Shown: positions 42,733 to 52,210, numbered from the stretch's first letter. The stretch is 53,073 nt of DNA from Deltaproteobacteria bacterium (GCA_050258655.1 JBLMZF010000082.1:1-53073), one strand, 5' to 3'. The notes: generated by a model not told the origin, from the letters alone. Translations and numbers: made by a program.

Positions 42733-44439
42733 ATGGGTTCGCTTAAGGACAGGTTGTCGGATATCCTGCTCAAGAATAACCTTTTGACGCAGGAGCAGCT
42801 GAACCAGGCGCTCGCGGTCCAGAAGACCAAGGGCGGCAGGCTGAGCGAGATTATCGTCGAGCTCAAGCTCGTGAAGGATTCTGACCTGATGCTCGCCCTG
42901 AGCGAGGGTCTCGATTTCCCCGTCCTTGACCTCAAGCGCTACAAGATATTTCCCGATCTGGCCAAGATCATCCCCAGCACTATTGCCCGCAGATATGTCC
43001 TCATCCCGCTTTCCCGCCTGGGCGACTGGCTTACGGTCGCGATGTCGGACCCGCTGAACATATTCGCGATAGACCACGTCGAATCCGTCACCGGGCTCAA
43101 GGTCACCCCGGTGCTGGCGTCGTCCCAGGACATCATGATGGCGATCGAGACCGCGTACTCGGAAAGCGCCAAGGACGCCATAGGAGACCTTGTCAAGGAG
43201 ATGTCGGACGCCTCCATTGAGCTGGTCAGGGAGGAGAAGGACCTGACCGAGGCGGAACTGGGCCAGGAAGCGCCGGTGATCAAGCTGACCGACCTGATCC
43301 TCGAGAACGGGGTCAAGAAGAAGGCTTCCGACATCCTGATCGAGCCATTCGAGAAGACCCTGCGCATCCGCTACAGGCTCGACGGCATCCTCCACGAGGA
43401 GAAAGCGCCCCCGCGCAAGCTCCACCAGTCCATCGTCACCAGGATCAAGGTCATGTCCGAGCTCAACATCGCCGAGCACCGCCTGCCGCAGGACGGCAGG
43501 TTCAAGGCGCGCGTGCAGGGCAAGGAAGTTGATTTCCGCGTCTCGATCCTGCCCACCAGTTTCGGGGAGAAGGTGGCGATCAGGATCCTCGACAAGTCGA
43601 CCGCCATGCTCGACATCATGAAGCTCGGCTTCGGCAAGCACACCGTGGATACCCTGCAGAAGGTGAGCAAGATGCCCCACGGCATGATCCTGGTCTGCGG
43701 TCCGACCGGCTCGGGCAAGACGACAACCCTTTATTCGGTCCTCAAGTTCGTCGACAGCCCCGAGAAGAACATCGTCACTGTCGAGGATCCCGTCGAGTAC
43801 CAGATCGAGGGGATCAACCAGGTCACCGCCCGTCCCGATATCGGACTGACGTTCGCAGCGGCCCTTCGTTCCATACTGCGTCAGGACCCCAATGTCATCA
43901 TGATCGGCGAGATCCGCGACCTTGATACCGTCGATATCGCGATAAAGAGCGCCCTTACCGGCCATCTCGTCCTTTCCACGCTCCATACCAACACGGCCTG
44001 CGGCTCGATCCTGAGGCTGGTGAATATGGGTGTTGAACCGTTCATGCTCAACTCGGCGCTGATCTGCGTCGTGGCGCAGAGACTTCTGAGGAAGCTCTGC
44101 CAGTACTGCGCCGAAGAATATTACCTGACCGACGAAGCGGTGGAGAGCATGCACCTCAAGCTGCCGCCTTCGCCTGAGGGAAAGCACAAGTTCTACCGTG
44201 CCAAGGGATGTCAGCGCTGCATGAACACCGGGTACAGCGGGAGGGTCGGCATCGCCGAAGTGCTCGTGCTCACCCCCAAGGTGCGCGAGCTGATCCTGAA
44301 CCGCGCTGAGGAGCATTTCATCAAGGCGCAGGCACGGTCGGAAGGCATGAACACGCTGAGGGAGGACGGCATGAGGGCGGTGCTGGCCGGTTTCACCACG
44401 CTCGAAGAGGTCCTTCGCATCACAGCCCCGGACGAATAA
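42733..44439 (+). CDS. pilB: GspE/PilB family type IV filament assembly ATPase (paralogue 1)
   Basis: N-terminal T2SSE_N domain, Walker A GPTGSGKTTT, Asp box VTVEDPVEY, Walker B VIMIGEIRD, His box LTGHLVLSTLHTN, tetracysteine CQYC...CQRC. Confidence 0.9.
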   Translation: MGSLKDRLSDILLKNNLLTQEQLNQALAVQKTKGGRLSEIIVELKLVKDSDLMLALSEGLDFPVLDLKRYKIFPDLAKIIPSTIARRYVLIPLSRLGDWLTVAMSDPLNIFAIDHVESVTGLKVTPVLASSQDIMMAIETAYSESAKDAIGDLVKEMSDASIELVREEKDLTEAELGQEAPVIKLTDLILENGVKKKASDILIEPFEKTLRIRYRLDGILHEEKAPPRKLHQSIVTRIKVMSELNIAEHRLPQDGRFKARVQGKEVDFRVSILPTSFGEKVAIRILDKSTAMLDIMKLGFGKHTVDTLQKVSKMPHGMILVCGPTGSGKTTTLYSVLKFVDSPEKNIVTVEDPVEYQIEGINQVTARPDIGLTFAAALRSILRQDPNVIMIGEIRDLDTVDIAIKSALTGHLVLSTLHTNTACGSILRLVNMGVEPFMLNSALICVVAQRLLRKLCQYCAEEYYLTDEAVESMHLKLPPSPEGKHKFYRAKGCQRCMNTGYSGRVGIAEVLVLTPKVRELILNRAEEHFIKAQARSEGMNTLREDGMRAVLAGFTTLEEVLRITAPDE

Positions 44440-46157
44440 TGAAAGCGCTTAAGGAAAATATCATAGAGCTTCTTCTCCAGAACAAGCTGATCAACCAGGA
44501 ACAGCTCGACAAGGCGCTCGAGCTGCAGAAGCAGCGCGGCACCACGCTGCGCCGTATCCTTGTCCAGGAGAAGATGGTCGCCGAGGAGGAACTTCTTTCG
44601 CTTTTTTCCAACAGGCTGTTTATCCCCTCGCTGCACATCTCCAAGTTCAAGTTCGACCCCGAGATCGTCAAGCTGATCTCTCCCCAGATGGCGCGCCAGT
44701 ACAGCGTCATGCCGCTTTCCCGCATGGCCAACACCCTTACCGTGGCCATGGCGGACCCCCTGAACATCTTCGCGCTCGACGACCTCAAGGTCATCACGGG
44801 ATGCGATATAGACATCGTGCTCAGCCCCGAGGACGAGATCCAGCGCGCCATAGAGCAGAACTACGGCGGCGGGAGCAAGAAGATGGAGGAGATCCTCAAG
44901 GAAGGGGAGACCGGCGCTCCCGGGGAGGGTGAGGACAAGCAGGACATCGAGCTGCTCAAGATGGACGAGATCGAGCTCTCCAGCGCGGTCAAGGAGTCGG
45001 AGAAGCCGGTCATCGTCAAGCTCGTGGACCTTATCCTCGGGGAAGCGCTGCGCAGGCGCGCCTCCGATATCCATATCGAGCCCGAGGTCGAGGGTATACG
45101 CGTGCGCTACCGCATCGACGGCGCCCTGCATGAGATCATCAAGCTACCCAAGAAGAACCAGAACGCGGTCATCGCCAGGCTCAAGATCATCTCCAACCTC
45201 AACATCACGGAGAACCGCATACCGCTGGACGGCAGGTTCAAGGTCAAGTACGAGGGCAAGGAGGTCGATTTCCGCGTCTCCAGCCTTCCGACCACCTTCG
45301 GTCAGAAATTCGTGCTGAGGCTTCTCGACAAGGGGAATCTTTCCGTCGGCCTCGACAAGCTGGGCTTCTCCCCGGATCCGTACCGCGTGTTCAAGGAGGC
45401 GATCAGTAAGCCGTTCGGGATGATCCTGGTCACCGGTCCCACCGGTTCAGGAAAGTCCACGACACTCTATTCTATCCTCACCCAGCTTAACACGCCGGAA
45501 AAGAACATCATCACCATCGAGGACCCGGTCGAGTACCAGGTCGAGGGCGTCACTCAGATACAGGTGAGGGCGGACATAGGGCTTACGTTCTCCGCCGGCC
45601 TTCGCTCGGTGCTCAGGCAGAGCCCTGACGTGATCATGGTAGGCGAGATCAGGGACTCGGAGACCGCCGATATCGCCGTCAAGGCGTCGCTGACCGGCCA
45701 GATGTTCCTTTCCACGCTCCACACCAACGATTCGCTGACCGCCATCACCAGGCTTATCGACATGGGCATAGAGCCCTTCCTGGTGGCGTCAAGCCTTATC
45801 ATGGTCTGCGCCCAGCGTCTGTGCAGGAGGATCTGCCCGAAATGCAAGAAACCGGTCGATGTGCCGAAGGAATACCTCAAGGAGATCGGTTTCACGGAAA
45901 AAGCGGTCTTCTACAAGGCGGAAGGATGTAAATATTGCAACAACACCGGCTATTATGGTAGAATAGCCATCCTTGAGGCCGTTCTCATCGACGATACCAT
46001 CAGGGAGATGATCATCCGGAAACGGTCGCTTGACGAGATCAAGGACTACGCCCTCAAGAAGGTGGGGATGAAGATGCTTCGTGACGACGCCTTTCTCAAG
46101 GTCAAGGAAGGGACGACCACACTCGAAGAGGCGATACGTATCACGACCGAGGAATAG
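44439..46157 (+). CDS. GspE/PilB family type IV filament ATPase (paralogue 2, atypical His box)
   Basis: Same architecture: GPTGSGKSTT, TIEDPVEY, VIMVGEIRD, CPKC...CKYC. The His box reads LTGQMFLSTLHTN, with CAG at 45699-45701. TAATG overlap with paralogue 1. Confidence 0.9.
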   Translation: MKALKENIIELLLQNKLINQEQLDKALELQKQRGTTLRRILVQEKMVAEEELLSLFSNRLFIPSLHISKFKFDPEIVKLISPQMARQYSVMPLSRMANTLTVAMADPLNIFALDDLKVITGCDIDIVLSPEDEIQRAIEQNYGGGSKKMEEILKEGETGAPGEGEDKQDIELLKMDEIELSSAVKESEKPVIVKLVDLILGEALRRRASDIHIEPEVEGIRVRYRIDGALHEIIKLPKKNQNAVIARLKIISNLNITENRIPLDGRFKVKYEGKEVDFRVSSLPTTFGQKFVLRLLDKGNLSVGLDKLGFSPDPYRVFKEAISKPFGMILVTGPTGSGKSTTLYSILTQLNTPEKNIITIEDPVEYQVEGVTQIQVRADIGLTFSAGLRSVLRQSPDVIMVGEIRDSETADIAVKASLTGQMFLSTLHTNDSLTAITRLIDMGIEPFLVASSLIMVCAQRLCRRICPKCKKPVDVPKEYLKEIGFTEKAVFYKAEGCKYCNNTGYYGRIAILEAVLIDDTIREMIIRKRSLDEIKDYALKKVGMKMLRDDAFLKVKEGTTTLEEAIRITTEE

Positions 46158-46175
46158 GCCGACTCGTAGACGCTT

Positions 46176-46196
46176 GAGATTCCCTGTGGGAATCTC
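46176..46196 (+). other. perfect 9-bp hairpin in the pilB2 / HD-GYP intergenic region
   Basis: gagattccc-tgt-gggaatctc. There is no downstream U tract, so it is not a canonical intrinsic terminator. Confidence 0.4.
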
Positions 46197-46241
46197 GGCG
46201 CACTCGTCGGATCTCACACTGGACAAGAACTTAGGTGTTCG

Positions 46242-47312
46242 ATGACTCTTGATAACCGTATACTGCTGATCAACGATAACGAGGATATCTCGCGCTACCT
46301 GATCGAGCAGCTGATGGTCTACGGCAATTACTCGGTCTCGCTGGAGACCACGGCCGCGGCCGCGATGGAGAGCATCAAGAGCACAGGTTTTGACCTGGCG
46401 GTGGTGAAATGGGGCATGCCCGACATGGCCTGTCCCCAGTTGATAAAGGAGCTGCGTGTCCTGGACAACGAGCTTCCGATAATCGTGCTTTTCGAGGAGA
46501 ACAAGGCGGACCTGGCGCAGCAGATCGCGGAACTGCCGGTCTGCAATTATTTCAACAAGCCGTTCTCGGGGCCCGCGATCACGTTCATGGTCGCCAAGGG
46601 GCTGGAGCTGAGGTCGCTCCTGCTGTCCAATAAGAGGCTGGTATCGATCCTGAAGGAGCAGAACAGCGGCCTGCAGAAGCAGAATCTTCTCCTGTCCAAA
46701 CGCATCGAGGATTCGACCAGGAACCTGGCCCGTCTCTACGAGGACCTCCGGTCGACGTACCTGCGCACGATCAGGGCGCTTGCCCAGGCCATCGACGCCC
46801 GGGACCATTACACGCACAGCCATTCGGAGAACGTCTCCAAGTACGCGGTGGCGATCGCCCGAGAGATGGGCTACACCGTCAAGGACCTGGAGATACTCCG
46901 CGACGCGTCCGAGCTCCACGATATAGGGAAGATCGGTATCTCGGACCTCATACTGCTCAAGCCTGCCAGCCTCACCCGTGAGGAGTGGGAGGAGATCAAG
47001 AAACACCCCCAGCGCGGGGCCCAGATCCTTGAGCCCCTGACGTTTTTGAGCGACGTCATCGAGCTGGTCCGCCAGCATCACGAGCATTTCGACGGCACCG
47101 GTTACCCGTCCGGAAAGAGAGGGGAGGAGATCCTGCTTGGTTCCCGCATCCTGCATGTCGCCGACGCCTACGATTCGATGGTCTCCGCCCGTTCATACAG
47201 GAAGATCCCGCTCTCGAAAGAGCAGGCGATCGCTGAACTGTCCAGGAACGCGGGTACGCAGTTCGACCCGAAAGTGGTAGATGCGTTCTTGCGGATCGTA
47301 AACGAGATGTAA
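46242..47312 (+). CDS. pseudo-receiver / coiled-coil / HD-GYP domain protein (predicted c-di-GMP phosphodiesterase)
   Basis: HD-GYP motifs are intact: HSHSENV, ELHDIGKIGI, HPQRG, HHEHFDGTGYPSG, HVADAYDSM. The N-terminal REC-like fold has Lys56 (AAA 46407-46409) where the phospho-acceptor Asp should be (DLAVVKWGMPDM). Confidence 0.85.
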   Translation: MTLDNRILLINDNEDISRYLIEQLMVYGNYSVSLETTAAAAMESIKSTGFDLAVVKWGMPDMACPQLIKELRVLDNELPIIVLFEENKADLAQQIAELPVCNYFNKPFSGPAITFMVAKGLELRSLLLSNKRLVSILKEQNSGLQKQNLLLSKRIEDSTRNLARLYEDLRSTYLRTIRALAQAIDARDHYTHSHSENVSKYAVAIAREMGYTVKDLEILRDASELHDIGKIGISDLILLKPASLTREEWEEIKKHPQRGAQILEPLTFLSDVIELVRQHHEHFDGTGYPSGKRGEEILLGSRILHVADAYDSMVSARSYRKIPLSKEQAIAELSRNAGTQFDPKVVDAFLRIVNEM

Positions 47313-47326
47313 GGAGGGAACACGAA

Positions 47327-48529
47327 ATGGCGACATTCCAGTACACGGCGAAGGATTATAACGGCCGGACAGTCATAGGGGTCGTCGAGGCCCCCAACGA
47401 GCAGGAAGCGGCCAACGTCCTGCACGGCAAGTCCATGGTCGTCGTCTCGATGAAGGAGGTCAAGGCGCGGCAGCTGCATGCGGCCGGCGCCAAGGTCAAG
47501 CTCGAGGATCTGGTCATCTTTTCCCGCCAGCTGGCCACCATGATCGACGCGGGCATCCCGCTCGTGCAGGCCCTGGGCATCCTTTCCGAGCAGGTCGAGA
47601 ACAAGGCGCTCAAGCAGGTAGTCCTCACGGTCCGGCAGGACATCGAGGCGGGCATGAGCTTCTGCGACGCGCTTTCCAAACATCCCGCTGTTTTCTCCGA
47701 ACTCTTCATCAACATGAGCAGGGCGGGCGAGGCGTCGGGTATGCTCGATGAGGTCCTCGACCGTCTCGCGTCGTACCTCGAGAAGAGCGCATCTCTCCAG
47801 CGCAAGATAAGCTCGAGCCTCGTGTATCCCGCGGTCGTCATCAGTATGGCCTTTTTGATCACGGCTGTCCTCCTCCTTAAAGTAGTCCCCACGTTCAAGG
47901 GCATCTTCGATATGCTCGGCGGCAAGCTGCCGCTGCCCACGCAGGTCCTTATCATGATCAGCGAGATCTTCCGCAAATATTTCATCTTCGCGGTCATCGT
48001 GGCCGGTATGCTCGCGTTCGCTTTCAGGAAGTGGATCAGCACGCCGAAGGGACGCTACAAGTTCGACGGGTTCCAGCTCAACGTGCCGGTCCTCGGCGAG
48101 CTGATGCGCAAGGTCGCGGTCGCCAAGTTCTCCCGCACCTTCTCGACCCTGGTCAAAAGCGGCGTGGCTGTGCTCAACGCGCTGGACATCGTCGGCAAGA
48201 CCGCGGGCAACAAGGTCATCGAGGAGGCGGTCAGCAACTGCCGTATCGCGGTACGCGACGGCGAGTCGATCGCCCAGCCGCTTATCCGCAGCAAGGTGTT
48301 CCCGCCCATCGTCTGCAGGATGATCGGCGTAGGTGAACAGACCGGTCAGTTGGAGAAGATGCTTTCCAAGATCGCCGATTTCTACGACGACCAGGTCGAT
48401 GCGGCGGTAGCAGGCATGACCAGTCTTATCGAGCCGCTGGTCATCGCGGTACTGGGCGTCATCATCGGCGGTATTGTCATCGCGTTGTTCCTGCCCATCT
48501 TCAAGATCACGGAGCTGATCGCGCACTAA
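47327..48529 (+). CDS. pilC: type IV filament platform protein PilC/GspF family
   Basis: 400 aa with two T2SSF repeats, three TM segments and a typical C-terminus (LIEPLVIAVLGVIIGGIVIALFLPIFKI). AAGGAGG SD. Confidence 0.9.
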   Translation: MATFQYTAKDYNGRTVIGVVEAPNEQEAANVLHGKSMVVVSMKEVKARQLHAAGAKVKLEDLVIFSRQLATMIDAGIPLVQALGILSEQVENKALKQVVLTVRQDIEAGMSFCDALSKHPAVFSELFINMSRAGEASGMLDEVLDRLASYLEKSASLQRKISSSLVYPAVVISMAFLITAVLLLKVVPTFKGIFDMLGGKLPLPTQVLIMISEIFRKYFIFAVIVAGMLAFAFRKWISTPKGRYKFDGFQLNVPVLGELMRKVAVAKFSRTFSTLVKSGVAVLNALDIVGKTAGNKVIEEAVSNCRIAVRDGESIAQPLIRSKVFPPIVCRMIGVGEQTGQLEKMLSKIADFYDDQVDAAVAGMTSLIEPLVIAVLGVIIGGIVIALFLPIFKITELIAH

Positions 48530-48566
48530 GACTGATACACCGACGGATCTCAATGACGGAGGGAGT

Positions 48567-49517
48567 ATGAGAAAGGTATCTGCGCTCGGTCTTCTGCTGT
48601 TCTTCAGCGTCCTTTTTCCCCTGTTAGCGCTGGCGGACGAGAACATTAACATCACCACGTACTATCCTTCTCCGAGCGGCGTGTACCGCCAGGTGCGCCT
48701 GTACCCGCAGGACAACCTTCCGGCCGCCTGCAGCGGTCCCTACGAAGGGAATATGTACTACGACAACGTATCCAAGAAGATCAATTTCTGCGGCTCCACC
48801 GGCAGCTATAGCATCATCCCGTCGGACGGTCCGAGATGGGTAGCGAACGGCAACAACATCAACAACACCAACTCGGGTTATGTGGGGATCGGCACGGGGA
48901 CCCCGCAGGCAAAATTGGACATCGCGGATACGGGCACGGTCGGCATGAGGTATATAAAAAGCGGTGCAAGAGACTCACGAATACAAATAGGGGACGGCGT
49001 CTCAGCCAAGAGATGGTCCATGGCTGTAGGGTGGGCGACGGCAGGTGACTTCAGTATTATCGAAGAGGGCCTATCCGGGAACCGTATCTATATCCAGCAG
49101 GGCACCGGCTATGTCGGGATAGGGACTTCTACACCTACCCAGGCTCTACATGTCGCGGGTGATGCGTATAAATCGTCGGGAGCAAATACGTGGTTAATAC
49201 CTTCAGATGCCCGGTTAAAAGATGTAAAAGGCAAATATAAGAAGGGACTGAAAGAAGTGCTTCTTCTGTCGCCCGTTATTTACGAATATAAAAAGAACAA
49301 TCGGCTTGGGATAAACGATCAAAAGGAACATTCAGGAGTTATTGCCCAGGATGTTGAAGAGGTCTTTCCGGAAGCAGTGAGCCTTGATGAGCAGGGTTTT
49401 ATGCTGCTTCATACCGATCCCATTTTCTACGCCCTGATAAATGCTGTTAAAGAGCAGCAGGCGGAGATCGATATGCTCAAGCAGAAGGTGGCTGCGTTAG
49501 AAGCTCGGAAGAAATAA
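48567..49517 (+). CDS. Sec-exported fibre protein with C-terminal peptidase S74 intramolecular-chaperone domain (tail fibre domain-containing protein)
   Basis: Signal peptide ...FPLLALA/DEN. Two internal GYVGIGTxTPxxxL repeats. SDARLK autoprocessing-type motif (Ser codon 49203-49205), followed by GVIAQDVEEVFPEAV...LINAVKEQQAEIDMLKQK, which is typical of S74 chaperone domains. Confidence 0.75.
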   Translation: MRKVSALGLLLFFSVLFPLLALADENINITTYYPSPSGVYRQVRLYPQDNLPAACSGPYEGNMYYDNVSKKINFCGSTGSYSIIPSDGPRWVANGNNINNTNSGYVGIGTGTPQAKLDIADTGTVGMRYIKSGARDSRIQIGDGVSAKRWSMAVGWATAGDFSIIEEGLSGNRIYIQQGTGYVGIGTSTPTQALHVAGDAYKSSGANTWLIPSDARLKDVKGKYKKGLKEVLLLSPVIYEYKKNNRLGINDQKEHSGVIAQDVEEVFPEAVSLDEQGFMLLHTDPIFYALINAVKEQQAEIDMLKQKVAALEARKK

Positions 49518-49583
49518 ATGTCCAATTTGCGCAACTCATTGGGGCGCAAGCATTAGAAAAACGATAAATTTTCGGTAAAAACC

Positions 49584-49611
49584 TTGACATCCTGATTAAA
49601 TCAGGTATACT
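49584..49611 (+). promoter_or_regulatory. rRNA operon promoter P1
   Basis: TTGACA (49584-49589), 16-nt spacer, TATACT (49606-49611). A/T-rich UP-like tract upstream (gataaattttcggtaaaaa). Confidence 0.6.
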
Positions 49612-49620
49612 TAACAAGGT

Positions 49621-49659
49621 CGGGCGCAGAGCCCGAAGCAGCAAAGAGTTCTTTAGAAT
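49621..49659 (+). promoter_or_regulatory. boxB-like hairpin plus boxA-like element downstream of P1
   Basis: Hairpin cgggc-gcaga-gcccg (49621-49635), then agttctttagaat (49647-49659), which matches E. coli boxA TGCTCTTTAACAA at 8 of 13 positions. Confidence 0.35.
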
Positions 49660-49744
49660 CTAAGTAACGGGCAGGGGAGGAGAGGCTGATCCGTTTGCCT
49701 CCCCTGCGGGTCGGTGGGCAGCGAGAAATTTTCAAAATAATCGC

Positions 49745-49772
49745 TTGACATCCTCGGCCAAAGTGATATACT
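49745..49772 (+). promoter_or_regulatory. rRNA operon promoter P2 (extended -10)
   Basis: TTGACA (49745-49750), 16-nt spacer, TGaTATACT (-10 at 49767-49772). Upstream A/T tract agaaattttcaaaataat. Confidence 0.6.
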
Positions 49773-49877
49773 TAAATATTACCGCAACGAGAAGTCACTG
49801 CAACACTGTCTTCAGTTGCAACGTTCTTTCTACAAAATCTGCAGTTTGTCGACGAGAAAAAATTATCAAAAAAACAG

Positions 49878-49905
49878 TTGACAAGTTGTACAGTTGTGAT
49901 AAAAT
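49878..49905 (+). promoter_or_regulatory. rRNA operon promoter P3 (extended -10)
   Basis: TTGACA (49878-49883), 16-nt spacer, TGaTAAAAT (-10 at 49900-49905). Upstream A-tract aaaaattatcaaaaaaa. Confidence 0.55.
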
Positions 49906-50023
49906 CATTTTCTTGCCGCGTGAAACCGGCGGGAAGGACAAATCACATTTTGAAATCAAAAAAGAGCGTTATTGATATGTTCGGGTAACGTTCAGATTCG
50001 ACGAACGACCCTTAGATTTTCTA

Positions 50024-50062
50024 AGGCGTCCCTAGTCGGACGCCTTTTTTGTTCTTTGAGAT
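50024..50062 (+). promoter_or_regulatory. terminator-like (boxB-like) hairpin with T6 run, immediately followed by a boxA-like element, in the rRNA leader
   Basis: aggcgtcc-ctagtc-ggacgcct is an 8-bp stem (50024-50045) followed by tttttt (50045-50050). Then tgttctttgagat (50050-50062) matches boxA at 9 of 13 positions. Confidence 0.5.
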
Positions 50063-50164
50063 TACTGGATAGCCAAGATGCGTGGAACCCGAAAGTACCC
50101 TAGCCGGTACTGAAGGTTCTTTTGAGGTAAGGTAAATAGAGCCTTTTAAATTTCTCTGAAGATT

Positions 50165-51748
<1,584 letters not shown>

Positions 51749-51952
51749 ATATAACCCTGAGCCTCAGGAATATTTAGTTTTCCGGAAGGCGTGGTGTTTC
51801 GTAAGAAACGCCAACATGCTACGGACAAATGTCAACAGCGTTCGACGCTGCATGCATCTTGGCCTATCCCGTTTTTTGATTTCCCTGCTATGGTGTTCTG
51901 AGAGACAAGTTGGGGACCCGTTTAGCCGACGGTCCTTGAGATGTAACTGTTG

Positions 51953-52029
51953 GGCCCATAGCTCAGATGGTTAGAGCACAGCCCTGATAAGACTGGGGTC
52001 AGTGGTTCGAGTCCACTTGGGCCCACCAT
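51953..52029 (+). tRNA. tRNA-Ile (anticodon GAT)
   Basis: gggcccatagctcagatggttagagc...ctGATaa...ggttcgagtccacttgggcccacca. Cloverleaf with encoded CCA and one C-A mismatch in the anticodon stem. Classic rrn spacer position. Confidence 0.9.
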
Positions 52030-52037
52030 TTTATCTG

Positions 52038-52112
52038 GGGGCGTAGCTCAGCTGGGAGAGCATCTGCTTTGCAAGCAGGGGGTCGCCAGTTCAACTCTGG
52101 TCGCCTCCACCA
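52038..52112 (+). tRNA. tRNA-Ala (anticodon TGC)
   Basis: gggggcgtagctcagctgggagagc...ttTGCaa...ccagttcaactctggtcgcctccacca. G3:U70 Ala identity pair and encoded CCA. Confidence 0.9.
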
Positions 52113-52210
52113 TTCTCTTATCCGGGAAATCAAAACTCAAGCATAAGTAAATTTCTTGTACGTCCTCCATCTTCGTAATCCGGGGGAAACGGCGGCCGCA
52201 AGGCCCCGCC

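Noticed and set aside
48870-49150. Internal duplication in the fibre gene (GYVGIGT... twice), considered as a DNA-level tandem repeat.
   Set aside because: Similarity is at the protein-motif level only. The nucleotide sequences have diverged and are separated by ~260 nt, so it is not a repeat element.
49526-49550. Hairpin ttgcgc...gcgcaa after the fibre gene, considered as an intrinsic terminator. A similar weak stem, aacggc...gccgtt, follows ftsA at about 25702-25724.
   Set aside because: Each has only a 6-bp stem with an 11-nt loop and no U-tract, so neither is convincing.
49745-49975. 76-aa ORF in the rRNA leader.
   Set aside because: It overlaps promoters P2 and P3. It is AT-rich, has no SD and shows odd composition. 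The region is better explained as regulatory DNA.
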